Shown: one piece after another, positions 30,625 through 40,151 of the stretch | How positions within the stretch are numbered: the stretch's first letter is position 1 | Layout: every line of letters starts with the position of its first letter | Assembly: GCA_963793425.1 (NCBI GenBank) | Contig: CAWCAG010000001.1 | Location: 320,001-384,000 of the forward strand | From: an uncultured cyanobacterium | GTDB lineage: Bacteria > Cyanobacteriota > Cyanobacteriia > Cyanobacteriales > CAWCAG01 | Direction: 5' to 3' | DNA length: 64,000 bases | The notes under the pieces: generated by a model | The model's input: only the letters and a program-made list of their open reading frames with translations | The model's database searches: none | Told to the model about the DNA's origin: nothing | Translations under genes and position numbers: made by a program

Positions 30625-32397
30625 ATGTCTGTTACTAATGCCCTCTACTGTATTAACCCTGATTGTCATGGGCCTCACCAAGCGGGAAACAATCGCTTTT
30701 GTACCACTTGCGGCACATCTTTGTGTTTAAATAACCGCTACCTTCCGCTCAAAAAATTGGGGGCAGGAGGATTTGCTGCGATTTATACAGTCTGGGATCT
30801 TCAGTCCCAAGAAGAAAAAGTTCTCAAAGTACTTACGGTAACTTCTCCTAAAGCTAGGCAACTATTTGAGCAAGAAGCAGAAGTTATGGCTACTTTAAAC
30901 CATCCTGGCATCCCTAAAGTAGAAAGGGGAGGTTATTTTTATCTTAAACAAGGCGGCAATCAACTTTCTCAACTACCTTGTTTAGTCATGGAAAAAATTA
31001 ATGGTCAAACCTTAGAAGATATTTTAGACAAATACCCCCAAGGCTGCCCAGAAGAATTGGTTTATGATTGGTTACGCCAGGGCATTGAAATTTTACAGGA
31101 ATTACATCAACGGCACATCATCCATCGCGACATTAAACCATCTAACTTAATGTTGCGTACTCCTTCACCTCCCAGGGCAACAACCCCCGGTAAAACCATA
31201 CCGCCCCTATCTCCCTCTGCCATTGGTATGGCCCAATTAGTCTTAATTGACTTTGGTGGTGCAAAACATACAGGTTTGGTACAAGGAGAAATCAACAACA
31301 CTTCCACCCGTTTATTTTCCTCTGGTTACAGTCCTCCGGAACAAATTTCTGGGCATCGAGTTGCACCAGCAACAGATTTTTATGCTTTAGGACGTACCGC
31401 CATTCATTTACTCACAGGCAAGCATCCCCTGGAATTAGAAGATATCATGACCGGGGAATTGCAGTGGCGACAAGAAGCAAAAGTTGGAGACGAATTAGCC
31501 AACCTTCTCGACAATTTAGTCCGTGTAGATGCCCGCCAAAGACCCCCTACAGAAGAAATTAGCCAACGCTTAAATAGGCTACCCCAACCAGCATCTACCC
31601 ACTCTCCTTCCCCCACTTTAATAATTTCTGCCCCTGCCTTTACTCAATTTGGCCAACAAGTTGGCCAACAAATTACTCAAAAATCGGGGAATCTTCTTGC
31701 TGGGGTAGGCAAAGCGATCAAAAAATCACTGCGCTTAAGTTGGGACTTAGTTTGGGGAACTACCGTTGGTTTAATTGATACCATCGGAGAAATTATTTTT
31801 GGTATCTTAGGAACCAGCATTGGCGCTACCGTAGGCTTTGTGTTAACCTACGCCACAGTTTTGGGTAGCAGGATGGAATTGCTAGCCAGTACTCTTTTTC
31901 CCGGAGGAGTAATCAACGAAGGCGCAGAAGCAATTATCTTCGCTATGGCAGGGTTAGGGGCAGCTTGGGGCTTAACTTTACCCGGTGGATTCGGTCAGCG
32001 TCGCCGTTTCTTGCTATCTGGATTATTAGCGATGGTAGGTTACGGCATGGGGTGGCTGTTATGGCAAGCAACGCCCTTAACCATGGGGGAACGGTTTCTG
32101 GTCTTAGTTTCAGCAACAGCAGTTTCCCTAACCCTTGGTTTAGGCTTATCTAGCCATCGTCTGGCCCATATTTTTGTAGGAGGCTTAGGAAGTTGGACAA
32201 TCCTGGCTAGTTGCGTCAAACTAGGCTTTTTACCTGTGGATGTATTGCAAGATATTCTTTCTTTTGCTGGCCCTTTATGGTTAGACTTTATTCAAAGTAT
32301 AATTTTGTTTATTTTGTTGGTAATAAGTCTCGGTTTATCTCTAGGAGTAAGTCATTATTTATTAGTACCGATTTTGCGTCAGTTAGGTTGGAAGTAG
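30625..32397 (+). CDS. Hanks-type Ser/Thr protein kinase with N-terminal 4-Cys motif and C-terminal multi-TM region
   Basis: YCINPDC...FCTTCG, LGAGGFA, HRDIKPSN, IDFG, GYSPPEQ; hydrophobic C-terminal third. Confidence 0.93.
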   Translation: MSVTNALYCINPDCHGPHQAGNNRFCTTCGTSLCLNNRYLPLKKLGAGGFAAIYTVWDLQSQEEKVLKVLTVTSPKARQLFEQEAEVMATLNHPGIPKVERGGYFYLKQGGNQLSQLPCLVMEKINGQTLEDILDKYPQGCPEELVYDWLRQGIEILQELHQRHIIHRDIKPSNLMLRTPSPPRATTPGKTIPPLSPSAIGMAQLVLIDFGGAKHTGLVQGEINNTSTRLFSSGYSPPEQISGHRVAPATDFYALGRTAIHLLTGKHPLELEDIMTGELQWRQEAKVGDELANLLDNLVRVDARQRPPTEEISQRLNRLPQPASTHSPSPTLIISAPAFTQFGQQVGQQITQKSGNLLAGVGKAIKKSLRLSWDLVWGTTVGLIDTIGEIIFGILGTSIGATVGFVLTYATVLGSRMELLASTLFPGGVINEGAEAIIFAMAGLGAAWGLTLPGGFGQRRRFLLSGLLAMVGYGMGWLLWQATPLTMGERFLVLVSATAVSLTLGLGLSSHRLAHIFVGGLGSWTILASCVKLGFLPVDVLQDILSFAGPLWLDFIQSIILFILLVISLGLSLGVSHYLLVPILRQLGWK

Positions 32398-32409
32398 TTA
32401 TCAAAGTGA

Positions 32410-32511
32410 CGGAGAGATGGGGAGATGGGGAGCTGGGGGAGCTGGGGAGCTAAGGAGCTGGGGAGATAGAATAGTTAGCAACTAGCCATTAGCCATTAGC
32501 AACTAGCCATA
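32410..32511 (+). repeat. Composite STRR: (GGGGAGA/CT)n followed by (TAGCAAC/TAGCCAT)n
   Basis: Read directly; similar arrays at 43761-43875, 45380-45455, 45796-45820 and 57110-57160. Confidence 0.85.
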
Positions 32512-32523
32512 AGGACAAAATCT

Positions 32524-33198
32524 ATGTTAGTTCCCTTAACGCGGGAGAAATTTGAACAAATTGTTCCTCTTATTGCCACCGGCAGCCAGTATGCCAGTGT
32601 TTTGGGCAAAGTGCGGGATATTTTAAGGAGAGTCCTAATTTCTGTAGTTGGGGTTCTCGTAGTTTGGTTATTAAGTACTTTTTTAGGAGACAATGTTGGC
32701 GGGCTGAAGATTATTCTTGGTTCCATTGTCGGTTTATATTGGCTATGGTCGCCTGTTTATTGGGCTAGTAGACGTAACGCAGCTTATCGTAAATTCCCTT
32801 ATAGTGGCTTCTGGCGTGGTCGTGTCACAGATGTTTTTGTCACTGATGAATTAATCGGCGAAGAAGAAACGGTCAATAATCGTGGAGAATTGGTGATTGT
32901 TGAAAATCGAGAACGCAGAATTAACATAGAAGTAGCAGATCAAAGCGGTTTTAGAGAACTTATCCAAGCCCCTCTCAAACGCTTACATAAGGGTATTAAA
33001 CCGGGACAGATAGCCGAATTAGTGGTGTTGTCTAAACAGCCGGATTTGAGTCTTATAGCCGCTGTTACAGATGTTTACCTTCCTAATCTCAATCTTTGGG
33101 TTGGGGCCTATCCTTATTTACAAAGAAACGTTTTCGCCCAGGTTAGTAGTGAGTTGAGAGAAAATTACAACTATTCTTATTCTTCAAAGAGGAGATGA
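32524..33198 (+). CDS. Conserved cyanobacterial two-TM hypothetical protein
   Basis: MLVPLTREKFEQIVPLIATG, LYWLWSPV, GELVIVENRERRI. Confidence 0.8.
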   Translation: MLVPLTREKFEQIVPLIATGSQYASVLGKVRDILRRVLISVVGVLVVWLLSTFLGDNVGGLKIILGSIVGLYWLWSPVYWASRRNAAYRKFPYSGFWRGRVTDVFVTDELIGEEETVNNRGELVIVENRERRINIEVADQSGFRELIQAPLKRLHKGIKPGQIAELVVLSKQPDLSLIAAVTDVYLPNLNLWVGAYPYLQRNVFAQVSSELRENYNYSYSSKRR

Positions 33199-33199
33199 G

Positions 33200-33385
33200 A
33201 GCATTGAACATTTGACCGGAATCTTGCCAGACTTTTTGTGCGATCGCCGATGGATTTTCCAAGAAGCCAGGATGATTGACAACGGTGTAGAAAGTTCGCC
33301 CCATACCCATACCAAAGCCGAGGGCATCACCAATAGCTTGCCCAAAGATAATACCTTTAATCTGATCAGCTAGATGGTGATTCAT
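33200..33385 (-). pseudogene. ADP-ribosylglycohydrolase remnant
   Basis: IKGIIFGQAIGDALG fused directly to GMGRTFYTVVNHPGFLENP...VWQDSG; no TDD or NG-xx-MR motifs follow. Confidence 0.7.
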
Positions 33386-33415
33386 TTTCTGATTATGGGG
33401 AAGAGGAAAGCAAAA

Positions 33416-33694
33416 TCAGCGACGACGCTTCACTGCAATTCGGCGATCGCCTGGTTGTTTACGTAGCCAATTCAAAAACTTAATCATATCTGGGTGTTCG
33501 CTGAGTGTTTCCAGGCTATTTAATTCTAAAGCAAGTTGTTGATGAGTAAATAAAACGTGAATTTGGCGATGACAGGCGGGGCAGATTTCTACGGTTACCC
33601 CTGGGGAGAGTTTTTTGCGCCGAGTATATTGGCGAGGAATGAGATGATGAGTTGTTAATTTATAGCATTCTCGTAAACACAATTGGCATTGCAT
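33416..33694 (-). CDS. Small HNH-family protein
   Basis: CQLC...TTHHLIP...ICPACHRQIH. Confidence 0.85.
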   Translation of the reverse strand: MQCQLCLRECYKLTTHHLIPRQYTRRKKLSPGVTVEICPACHRQIHVLFTHQQLALELNSLETLSEHPDMIKFLNWLRKQPGDRRIAVKRRR

Positions 33695-33769
33695 ATCCAA
33701 AAGTTTAAGTTCATTTAGGTCAATGTAGGGCAGGTTAACCCAATTATTAATTTAACCTACCCTCAACTT

Positions 33770-34972
33770 TTAAGCGTCGTCCAAAGCAACAATACCAGGT
33801 AAAGTTTTACCCTCAAGTAACTCTAAACTTGCGCCACCACCAGTAGAAATGTGGCTCATTTTATCAGCAACACCAACCTTTTCTACTGCTGCTACGGAGT
33901 CACCACCACCAATAATGGTGATAACTTCTTTCTCTGTTAAATCGGCTAAGGAATTGGCGATCGCTTCTGTCCCTACAGCAAATTTATCAAATTCAAATAC
34001 TCCCATGGGGCCATTCCAAATTACGCACTTACAATCAGCAAGGGCTTCTTGGAAAGTTTTAATTGAATCAGGACCAATATCTAAACCCATCCAACCATCA
34101 GGTATATTTTCGGCACTAACGGTTTGAGATTCCGCATCAGGGGCGAAGTTATCAGCTACCACAACATCGGCAGGTAAAAGCAGGGCAACACCTTTTTCTT
34201 TGGCTTTCGCTTCCAAGGATTTAGCTAATTCCAGCTTATCTTCTTCTACCAAAGATTTACCAACATTCAAACCCCTAGCTTTATAAAAGGTGAAAATCAT
34301 GCCGCCACCAATTAGCAACTTGTCGCACTTATCCAACAAAGTTTCAATAACACCAATTTTACTAGATACTTTTGAACCGCCAATAATTGCCGCGAGGGGA
34401 CGTTTGGGGTTATCTACGGCGTTTTGTAGATAGTTGAGTTCTTTTTCAATTAAGTAACCTGCTACGCTGGGGCTAAGATAGTTGGTTACTCCTTCGGTGG
34501 AAGCATGGGCGCGGTGTGCCGTACCGAAAGCGTCGTTAACGTAAAGATCCGCATTAGCAGCTAACTTTTTGGCAAATTCAGGATCATTACTAGTTTCTTC
34601 GTTATAGAAACGGACATTTTCCAATAAAGCCACATCGCCGTTAACCATTTTGCTAACCGTAGTGGCGACAGAATCACCAATACAGTCATTACAAACAATT
34701 ACTTCTTTCTCCAATAACTCAGACAAACGCTTAGCCACCGGAGTTAAGCGTAATTCTTCTTTCACCTCACCCTTGGGACGACCCATATGACTAGATAAAA
34801 GTACTTTAGCCCCGTTTTCAACCAAATAATTAATGGTTGGTAAAGCGGCCCGAATGCGGGTATCGTCAGTAATCTTACCTGACTCTAGGGGGACATTAAA
34901 ATCCGCCCTTACTAAAACTCGTTTTCCTTTTAAATCAGCCTCTGTTAAATCAGCTACAGTTTTTTTTGCCAC
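33770..34972 (-). CDS. pgk: Phosphoglycerate kinase
   Basis: [49 protein letters not shown] start preceded by AGGAGG. Confidence 0.99.
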   Translation of the reverse strand: MAKKTVADLTEADLKGKRVLVRADFNVPLESGKITDDTRIRAALPTINYLVENGAKVLLSSHMGRPKGEVKEELRLTPVAKRLSELLEKEVIVCNDCIGDSVATTVSKMVNGDVALLENVRFYNEETSNDPEFAKKLAANADLYVNDAFGTAHRAHASTEGVTNYLSPSVAGYLIEKELNYLQNAVDNPKRPLAAIIGGSKVSSKIGVIETLLDKCDKLLIGGGMIFTFYKARGLNVGKSLVEEDKLELAKSLEAKAKEKGVALLLPADVVVADNFAPDAESQTVSAENIPDGWMGLDIGPDSIKTFQEALADCKCVIWNGPMGVFEFDKFAVGTEAIANSLADLTEKEVITIIGGGDSVAAVEKVGVADKMSHISTGGGASLELLEGKTLPGIVALDDA

Positions 34973-35161
34973 AGTTTATAACCTCCTGAACTCAAAAATT
35001 ATTACTTTTTTTTCTTTACTAAAGCATTAAATCAGCGTATCGCCGCTTGCTATTCTTCATTCCCTTGGAGTTTAAAGCTAAATCCATGATTCAATAAAAT
35101 AAATTAGGGAATTGCTCTTGTGCAGATTGTACCGGAGCGAGTGTACCGGAGGTTAGATAAA

Positions 35162-35572
35162 ATGTTTAATATTGTCATTTTCCCCATTGACCAAACCAGA
35201 GAAAGTCGCGATGCGGCCGAAACTGTAGCCAATGTTGTTCAAACATATAACAGCAAGCTATATATTCTGTCTGTGGTGGAAAAACCGACTCCAGGAGAAG
35301 CAACTGAAGTTACTCCGATGAATTCAGCAGAAAACGTCGAAAAGTTACTTCAGGGGGCTAAAGCCATGTTTGCTCAAAAAGGTATTCAAGCTGAGGTGAT
35401 AGAAAAAGAAGGAGTTCCTGCTTTCGTTATTTGTGATGTGGCTGATGAATTAAAGGCGAATCTGATTGTGATGGGTTGCCGGGGTTTAGGCTTGACAGAA
35501 GAAGGTTTATCTGAAAGTGTGACTAACCGTGTGATTAATCTTTCTCCTTGTCCGGTTTTGATTGTACCTTGA
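35162..35572 (+). CDS. Universal stress protein
   Basis: FPIDQTRES, LIVMGCRG, SVTNRVINLSPCPVLIVP. Confidence 0.93.
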   Translation: MFNIVIFPIDQTRESRDAAETVANVVQTYNSKLYILSVVEKPTPGEATEVTPMNSAENVEKLLQGAKAMFAQKGIQAEVIEKEGVPAFVICDVADELKANLIVMGCRGLGLTEEGLSESVTNRVINLSPCPVLIVP

Positions 35573-35705
35573 TGGGGAGATGGTGTGACTGACAAAACTT
35601 CTGGAATATGGGATTTCTTGTAGGTTGGGTTAGGCGTAAATAAACCTAGGGGGAAATCCAACAATCACCCTTGTTGCCGTAACCCAACGTTGTAGGAAAT
35701 TGGTA

Positions 35706-36056
35706 ATGGGCATTTTAGTTGATACGAATATTTTACTTCTCTGGTTTGTAGGTGCTGTTAATCGTTCGCGCATCTCAAAGTTTAAACGGACAAAGCAATT
35801 TTTACCAGAAGATTATGATTTATTAGTACGAATTCTCTCGTATTTTTCAAAAATAGTAACAACTCCAAATATTTTGACAGAAGTTAATAGTTTAGCGAAT
35901 CAGCTTGGTCAACCCGAACGTTTTCAATGTTTTTCTAAGTTTGCCCAAGGAGTAGCTAAATTAGATGAATTTTATGTTGAGAGTCAAACAGCCGTTAGTG
36001 TTAAAAACTTTACCGAGTTTGGTCTAACTGATTGTGGAATTAAAGCAAGAAATTAA
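35706..36056 (+). pseudogene. PIN-domain protein, C-terminally truncated
   Basis: ILVDTNILL, TPNILTEV, FGLTDCGI, then a stop inside a palindrome; the final acidic PIN motif (LT-D-D) is absent. Confidence 0.7.
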
Positions 36057-36125
36057 TTTCTTGACTCAAACAAAAAGTCCGTTTAAACGGACTTAACATA
36101 TTAGACAGAGAATTAATTCTCTGTC
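36046..36125. repeat. Three consecutive perfect palindromes (18, 20 and 22 bp); REP/MITE-like
   Basis: caagaaattaatttcttg 36046-36063; aagtccgtttaaacggactt 36075-36094; gacagagaattaattctctgtc 36104-36125. Confidence 0.9.
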
Positions 36126-36189
36126 CGTCTATTGTCTGTTGTCTGTCTCTATGTGTCTCTTCTTTCCTAACAGTCTCATATCTTTGCTT

Positions 36190-38752
36190 CTAACGTCGGA
36201 ACAGAGAATAGAAAACGTGCTGCAACCAACTCAGAAAGCGGGATATTTGTTTAAGGCAGGCTTTGATAAAAATTGAGAAAGGATTATTCGGCTGCGAAAG
36301 GTTTTCAATAGCTTTATTTGCCATTTGGCTATACTCTTGATGACCTATAGCTTGAAAGAATTCTTGCGCCTTTACATAGGCTGCTTTAGCTTGGGATTTT
36401 TTGCCTAATTTAGCTAACGTATCACCATAGTTGTACCAAGAAATAGCTTCCCCACCGCGATTACCTATTTCCCTTTCTATCTCCAAAGACTGCTGCTGGA
36501 ATTCAATCGCTTGTTGGTATTGTCCTAGGGAATAGTAAGCATTGCCTAAATTGCCTAAAGAAATAGCTTCCCCACGGCGATCACCTATTTCCCTATCTAT
36601 CTCCAAAGACTGCTGATGGAAATCAATCGCTTGTTGGTATTGTCCTAGGGAATCGTAAGCATTGCCTAAACTTGCCTAAAGAAATAGCTTCCCCACCGCG
36701 ATCACCTATTTCCCTTTTTATCTCCAAAGACTGCTGATGGAAATCAATCGCTTGTTGGTATTGTCCTAGGGATTGGTAAGCATTGCCTAAATTGCCTAAA
36801 GAATTAGCTTCCCCACCGCGATCACCTATTTCCCTAGCTATCTCCAAAGACTGCTGATGGAAATCAATCGCTTGTTGGTATTGTCCTAGGGAATCGTAAG
36901 CATTGCCTAAACCGCCTAAAGAATTAGCTTCCCCACCGCGATTACCTATTTCTCTTTCTATCTCCAAAGACTGCTGATGGAAATCAATCGCTTGTTGGTA
37001 TTGTCCTAGGGAATCGTAAGCATTGCCTAAATTACCTAAAGAATTGCTTCCCCACCGCGATTACCTATTTCCCTGGCTATGTCCAAAGACTGCTGATGGA
37101 AATCTATAGCTTGTTGGTATTGTCCTAGGGATTGGTAAGCATTGCCTAAATTACCTAAAGAAATAGCTTCCCCACCGCGATTCCCTATTTCCCTGGCTAT
37201 CTCCAAAGTTGCTGATGGAAATCAATCGCTTGTTGGTATTGTCCTAGGGATTGGTAAGCATTGCCTAAATTGCCTAAAGAATTAGCTTCCCCACCGCGAT
37301 TACCTATTTCCCTGGCTATCTCCAAAGACTGCTGATGGAAATCAATCGCTTGTTGGTATTGTCCTAGGGAATCGTAAGCATTGCCTAAACTAGTCAAAGA
37401 AGCGCTCATATTGCCAATCTTGCTGACTATCTTCCGGCCAAGCTACTATTAATAGCCCATAATATTCCACTCGCACAGCAGAATAACCCCGTAAGGTAAG
37501 AAATTCATCACAGTGGCGCAAAACTTTAAAAGCAGCTTTGTATTCTTTTAACTCGAAGCGATGATAGAAAACTTCTAAATATGCTTCCACATCTGCTAAA
37601 GTTTGCCAAGGTTGAGGCTTAAACTGGTCAGAAAAATAACTAATTGCCTTTTCGATGCGCCGCAATCAGTAAACTTTCTTCGGTCTGCAAATGGAGATAT
37701 TGAGCAATTAAAGGTTGAATTGTATAGCCTGCTTCTGCTTCATTAAGGAGGGAACGATTAGCCAACTGTCGCAAAGCTTGCCGCACTGCCAGATCAGAAA
37801 TATTCTCCCCAGGCAACATGATTGCAGCATTTGCGCTATTGATAGCTACTCGATAGATACTGAGGTTAAGCAAAAATTCTCGCTGCTGGGGTGTTAGCCG
37901 TGATAGATGCTGCTGCAATAACCAAAATAGCTGCACATCTTCTTTGCCGCGATGGATTCCTGTAGCTTCTTCCCCCAAGGTGGTTAACTGCAACTTCCCA
38001 GCTTGACTAATCTTACCTTGATAATATGATCGCAAAAAGCTAGCGGCTAAACGTAAACTGAGGGGATGTCCATCTAGGCATTGCACTAAGTTAGCTTTCG
38101 CTTCTGGGGAACCGACAATACCCTCGGCGGTTAAAAACTTTGTTCCTTCTTCGGTGGAAAACCCTTTTAAAGTGGGCAACCAAGTTACAAATTCCTGCCA
38201 ACCGGGAGGCTTTTCTCTGGTGGTAACTAAGATAATGCTGTTGTTTCCTCTGGTTTGCCATTCCTGGAAAAACTGGCCATAATCGGGGTTACGCCATCCT
38301 CCCAATTCGTTTAATAAAGATTCGAGATTATCTAAAACTAAAAAGTAAGGCTGTTTGTTGAGGAAACTGAGGAAAAAGTTTCGCCTTTCTTGGGAAGTTT
38401 GGGGCAGATCCTGCGGAGTAAGTCCAGCCAGTTTAAACAGTGCTTCTTCGACAAAGAGGTCGAAACTAGGTGCAGAGGCAAAATCAACCCAAAGCTTATT
38501 AACAAACTTTTCTGTATACTCCCGGAAACAGTAGGCAGCTAATGAGGATTTACCTGCACCTCCTAAACCATGAATACCGATAAGATGATGGGAAAATGAG
38601 GAGAGATAATTTTGGAGAATTTCTAGCTCATTTTCCCGCCCTTGCCAATTGCTTAAGCGAGGTGGTTCGGAAATTAATCGGGAAGTTGGTGGGGTCTTCT
38701 GCTTCTGGGATTTTTCTACTATTTTGAGAAGATCCTGCGGCCCCGCAGTCAG
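36190..38752 (-). pseudogene. NB-ARC/STAND ATPase + TPR NLR-like reading frame; no own start codon; five single-base indels in the 3' half
   Basis: WQGRENEL, Walker A GLGGAGKS (38546-38569), Walker B LVLDNLE, VTTRE, GHPLSL, then TPRs. Indels near 37650, 37406, 37209, 37045 and 36671 (real or assembly error). Confidence 0.8.
36440..37390 (-). repeat. Eight near-identical 120-bp TPR-encoding tandem repeats
   Basis: ttgttggtattgtcctaggga recurs at about 36511, 36631, 36752, 36872, 36992, 37111, 37230 and 37350. Confidence 0.95.
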
Positions 38753-39160
38753 TCAGAAGTTAGCATCACCTTTGACTTCTTTAATTTCTACATTTTTATC
38801 TCCTAGCTGTACATTACTGTTATCCTGGGCGACAAAACGTACAGAGTTATCTTCTCGTTTGTCGTTGTAAATCTGATTATAAATAGGTCGAGCCAGATTA
38901 CTAATTTCTTCAGCAAAAGTGGAATCGCTTTCCATGGCTCCCTTTAAATAAGGTACAATCACCTCAACATTGGCAGAATTTTCTACCGTTGCGATCGCAC
39001 TTTCTGCTTCCGGGTTTCCCTGCAACTTTCCTTTAATCTTCTCCTGTAAAGTTTTTGCCTTGGCGATCGCACTTTCTGCCAGTTTACCGACTCCTAATTC
39101 CACCGCTGCACCAAAAGCAACTTCAGCAATTTTTTCTGCGGCCAAAAATTCCAATGTCAT
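38753..39160 (-). CDS. Small helical Bell/HeLo-like protein with C-terminal RHIM-like putative amyloid motif
   Basis: Hydrophobic N-terminal helix, KLQGNPEAESAI...MESDSTFAEEI helical core, N/Q/V/G-rich tail VAQDNSNVQLGDKNVEIKEVKGDANF; in frame with the downstream NB-ARC frame. Domain name is by resemblance only. Confidence 0.65.
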   Translation of the reverse strand: MTLEFLAAEKIAEVAFGAAVELGVGKLAESAIAKAKTLQEKIKGKLQGNPEAESAIATVENSANVEVIVPYLKGAMESDSTFAEEISNLARPIYNQIYNDKREDNSVRFVAQDNSNVQLGDKNVEIKEVKGDANF

Positions 39161-39244
39161 CCATCTTGAGGGTAAGGTTTACATAAATCTTCGCACCCGT
39201 AAGATATATTTTCCCACATTTGTCAAGATTACACAAAATCAATT

Positions 39245-39407
39245 GTAGGGTGGGAATTGCTTGCTAAAGCCATCAAGCAATTTACCAAAAAACCAAACAA
39301 GCAATGCCCAGCAATCTTCGTTATAAAGAACTTATTAATTTTAGATATGGTGGGCAAATATAGATTAATTTCTGATGCTTATATCTTATTAGTTTTGCCC
39401 ACCCTAC
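39245..39407. repeat. GTAG-family REP doublet (REPIN-like)
   Basis: GTAGGGTGGG...TGCCCAGC ... GGTGGGCAAA...TTTGCCCACCCTAC. Confidence 0.75.
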
Positions 39408-39529
39408 AAAAGCTTACTCACCAACCCTTATCCCTATTTCTGAAAAATCCATAACTTTGGCTTGTCTTTTCCCACAGCAACAACCCCAATCTCTTGCATA
39501 CTGACCTCTTTCTACAAATCTTGTAAAAC

Positions 39530-40060
39530 TTTTTGTACCTGGTGATTGATTGGTTAATGTTAAGGCGAAACGTCCTTTGGCATCGGCTGTAACTGTGGCG
39601 ATGCTTTTGTTTAAGGGGCCGCGATTGTTTTCTGTTTCTAAAACCTGATAAATGTCAATTTGTGAACCAGGATCGGCTGTACCATCAAGATTTACTTTGC
39701 CCTCTAGAAGCAAAAATTCTTGACTTAACCATTGGGGAGTGTTAATCGCCCGGTTTCCTGTATCTAAACTACGGTTGCGAGAATCTCTTTGAGGGTTTGG
39801 CCCATCTCCCCTTTGATAATTTTGGCGGTTGGAACTATTCCGGGTAGTTAAGTTGATGCTGAGGCCTTCTAAAGCAGCAAAGTAATTATTTTGAATGAGG
39901 TTGCGGTTACTTTGGGGATAGGCAGCAACAACAACCCCAGGCCCAAGTTGACTGACAATACTATTATTAGTAACTTTGTGGTCATTGCCCATGAGGTAAA
40001 TAGCAGCACGTCTAAGGCGACGACCATTATATTTAATTTTGTTATCGCGAATGGTTACAG
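39530..40060 (-). pseudogene. Internal fragment of a parallel beta-helix protein (last gene of the DUF11 cluster)
   Basis: Open frame SVTIRDNKIKYNGRRLRRAAIYLMGNDHKVTNN...GTADPGSQIDIY...TADAKGRF with no signal peptide; runs into unrelated sequence after PGTK. Confidence 0.7.
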
Positions 40061-40151
40061 ATATTGGTTTTTAATTAATATTCTTTTCATAAATTGAACT
40101 ACCAATATTCAAAGTGCTATATTTTTCTTTACTCCCCATTTCTACATCTCC

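Noticed and set aside
32524..33198. Phosphate ABC permease label
   Set aside because: Only two TM segments, no EAA motif and no ABC partner genes nearby.
36440..37390. Regular repeats resembling a CRISPR array or DGR template/variable repeats
   Set aside because: Units are contiguous 120-bp TPR-coding repeats with no unique spacers; no cas or reverse transcriptase gene is in the window.
38735..38755. UGA plus hairpin as a selenocysteine/SECIS signal
   Set aside because: The position is a linker rather than a redox or Cys-equivalent site, the hairpin is much shorter than a bacterial SECIS, and no sel genes are visible.
38746..38758. prfB-like +1 frameshift at TTC TGA C
   Set aside because: The +1 frame reads GAC TGA and stops at once; the NB-ARC is in frame 0, so a shift would not reach it.
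39257..39454. 65-aa ORF between the NLR locus and the DUF11 cluster
   Set aside because: It lies over the REP doublet and has no protein-like features.
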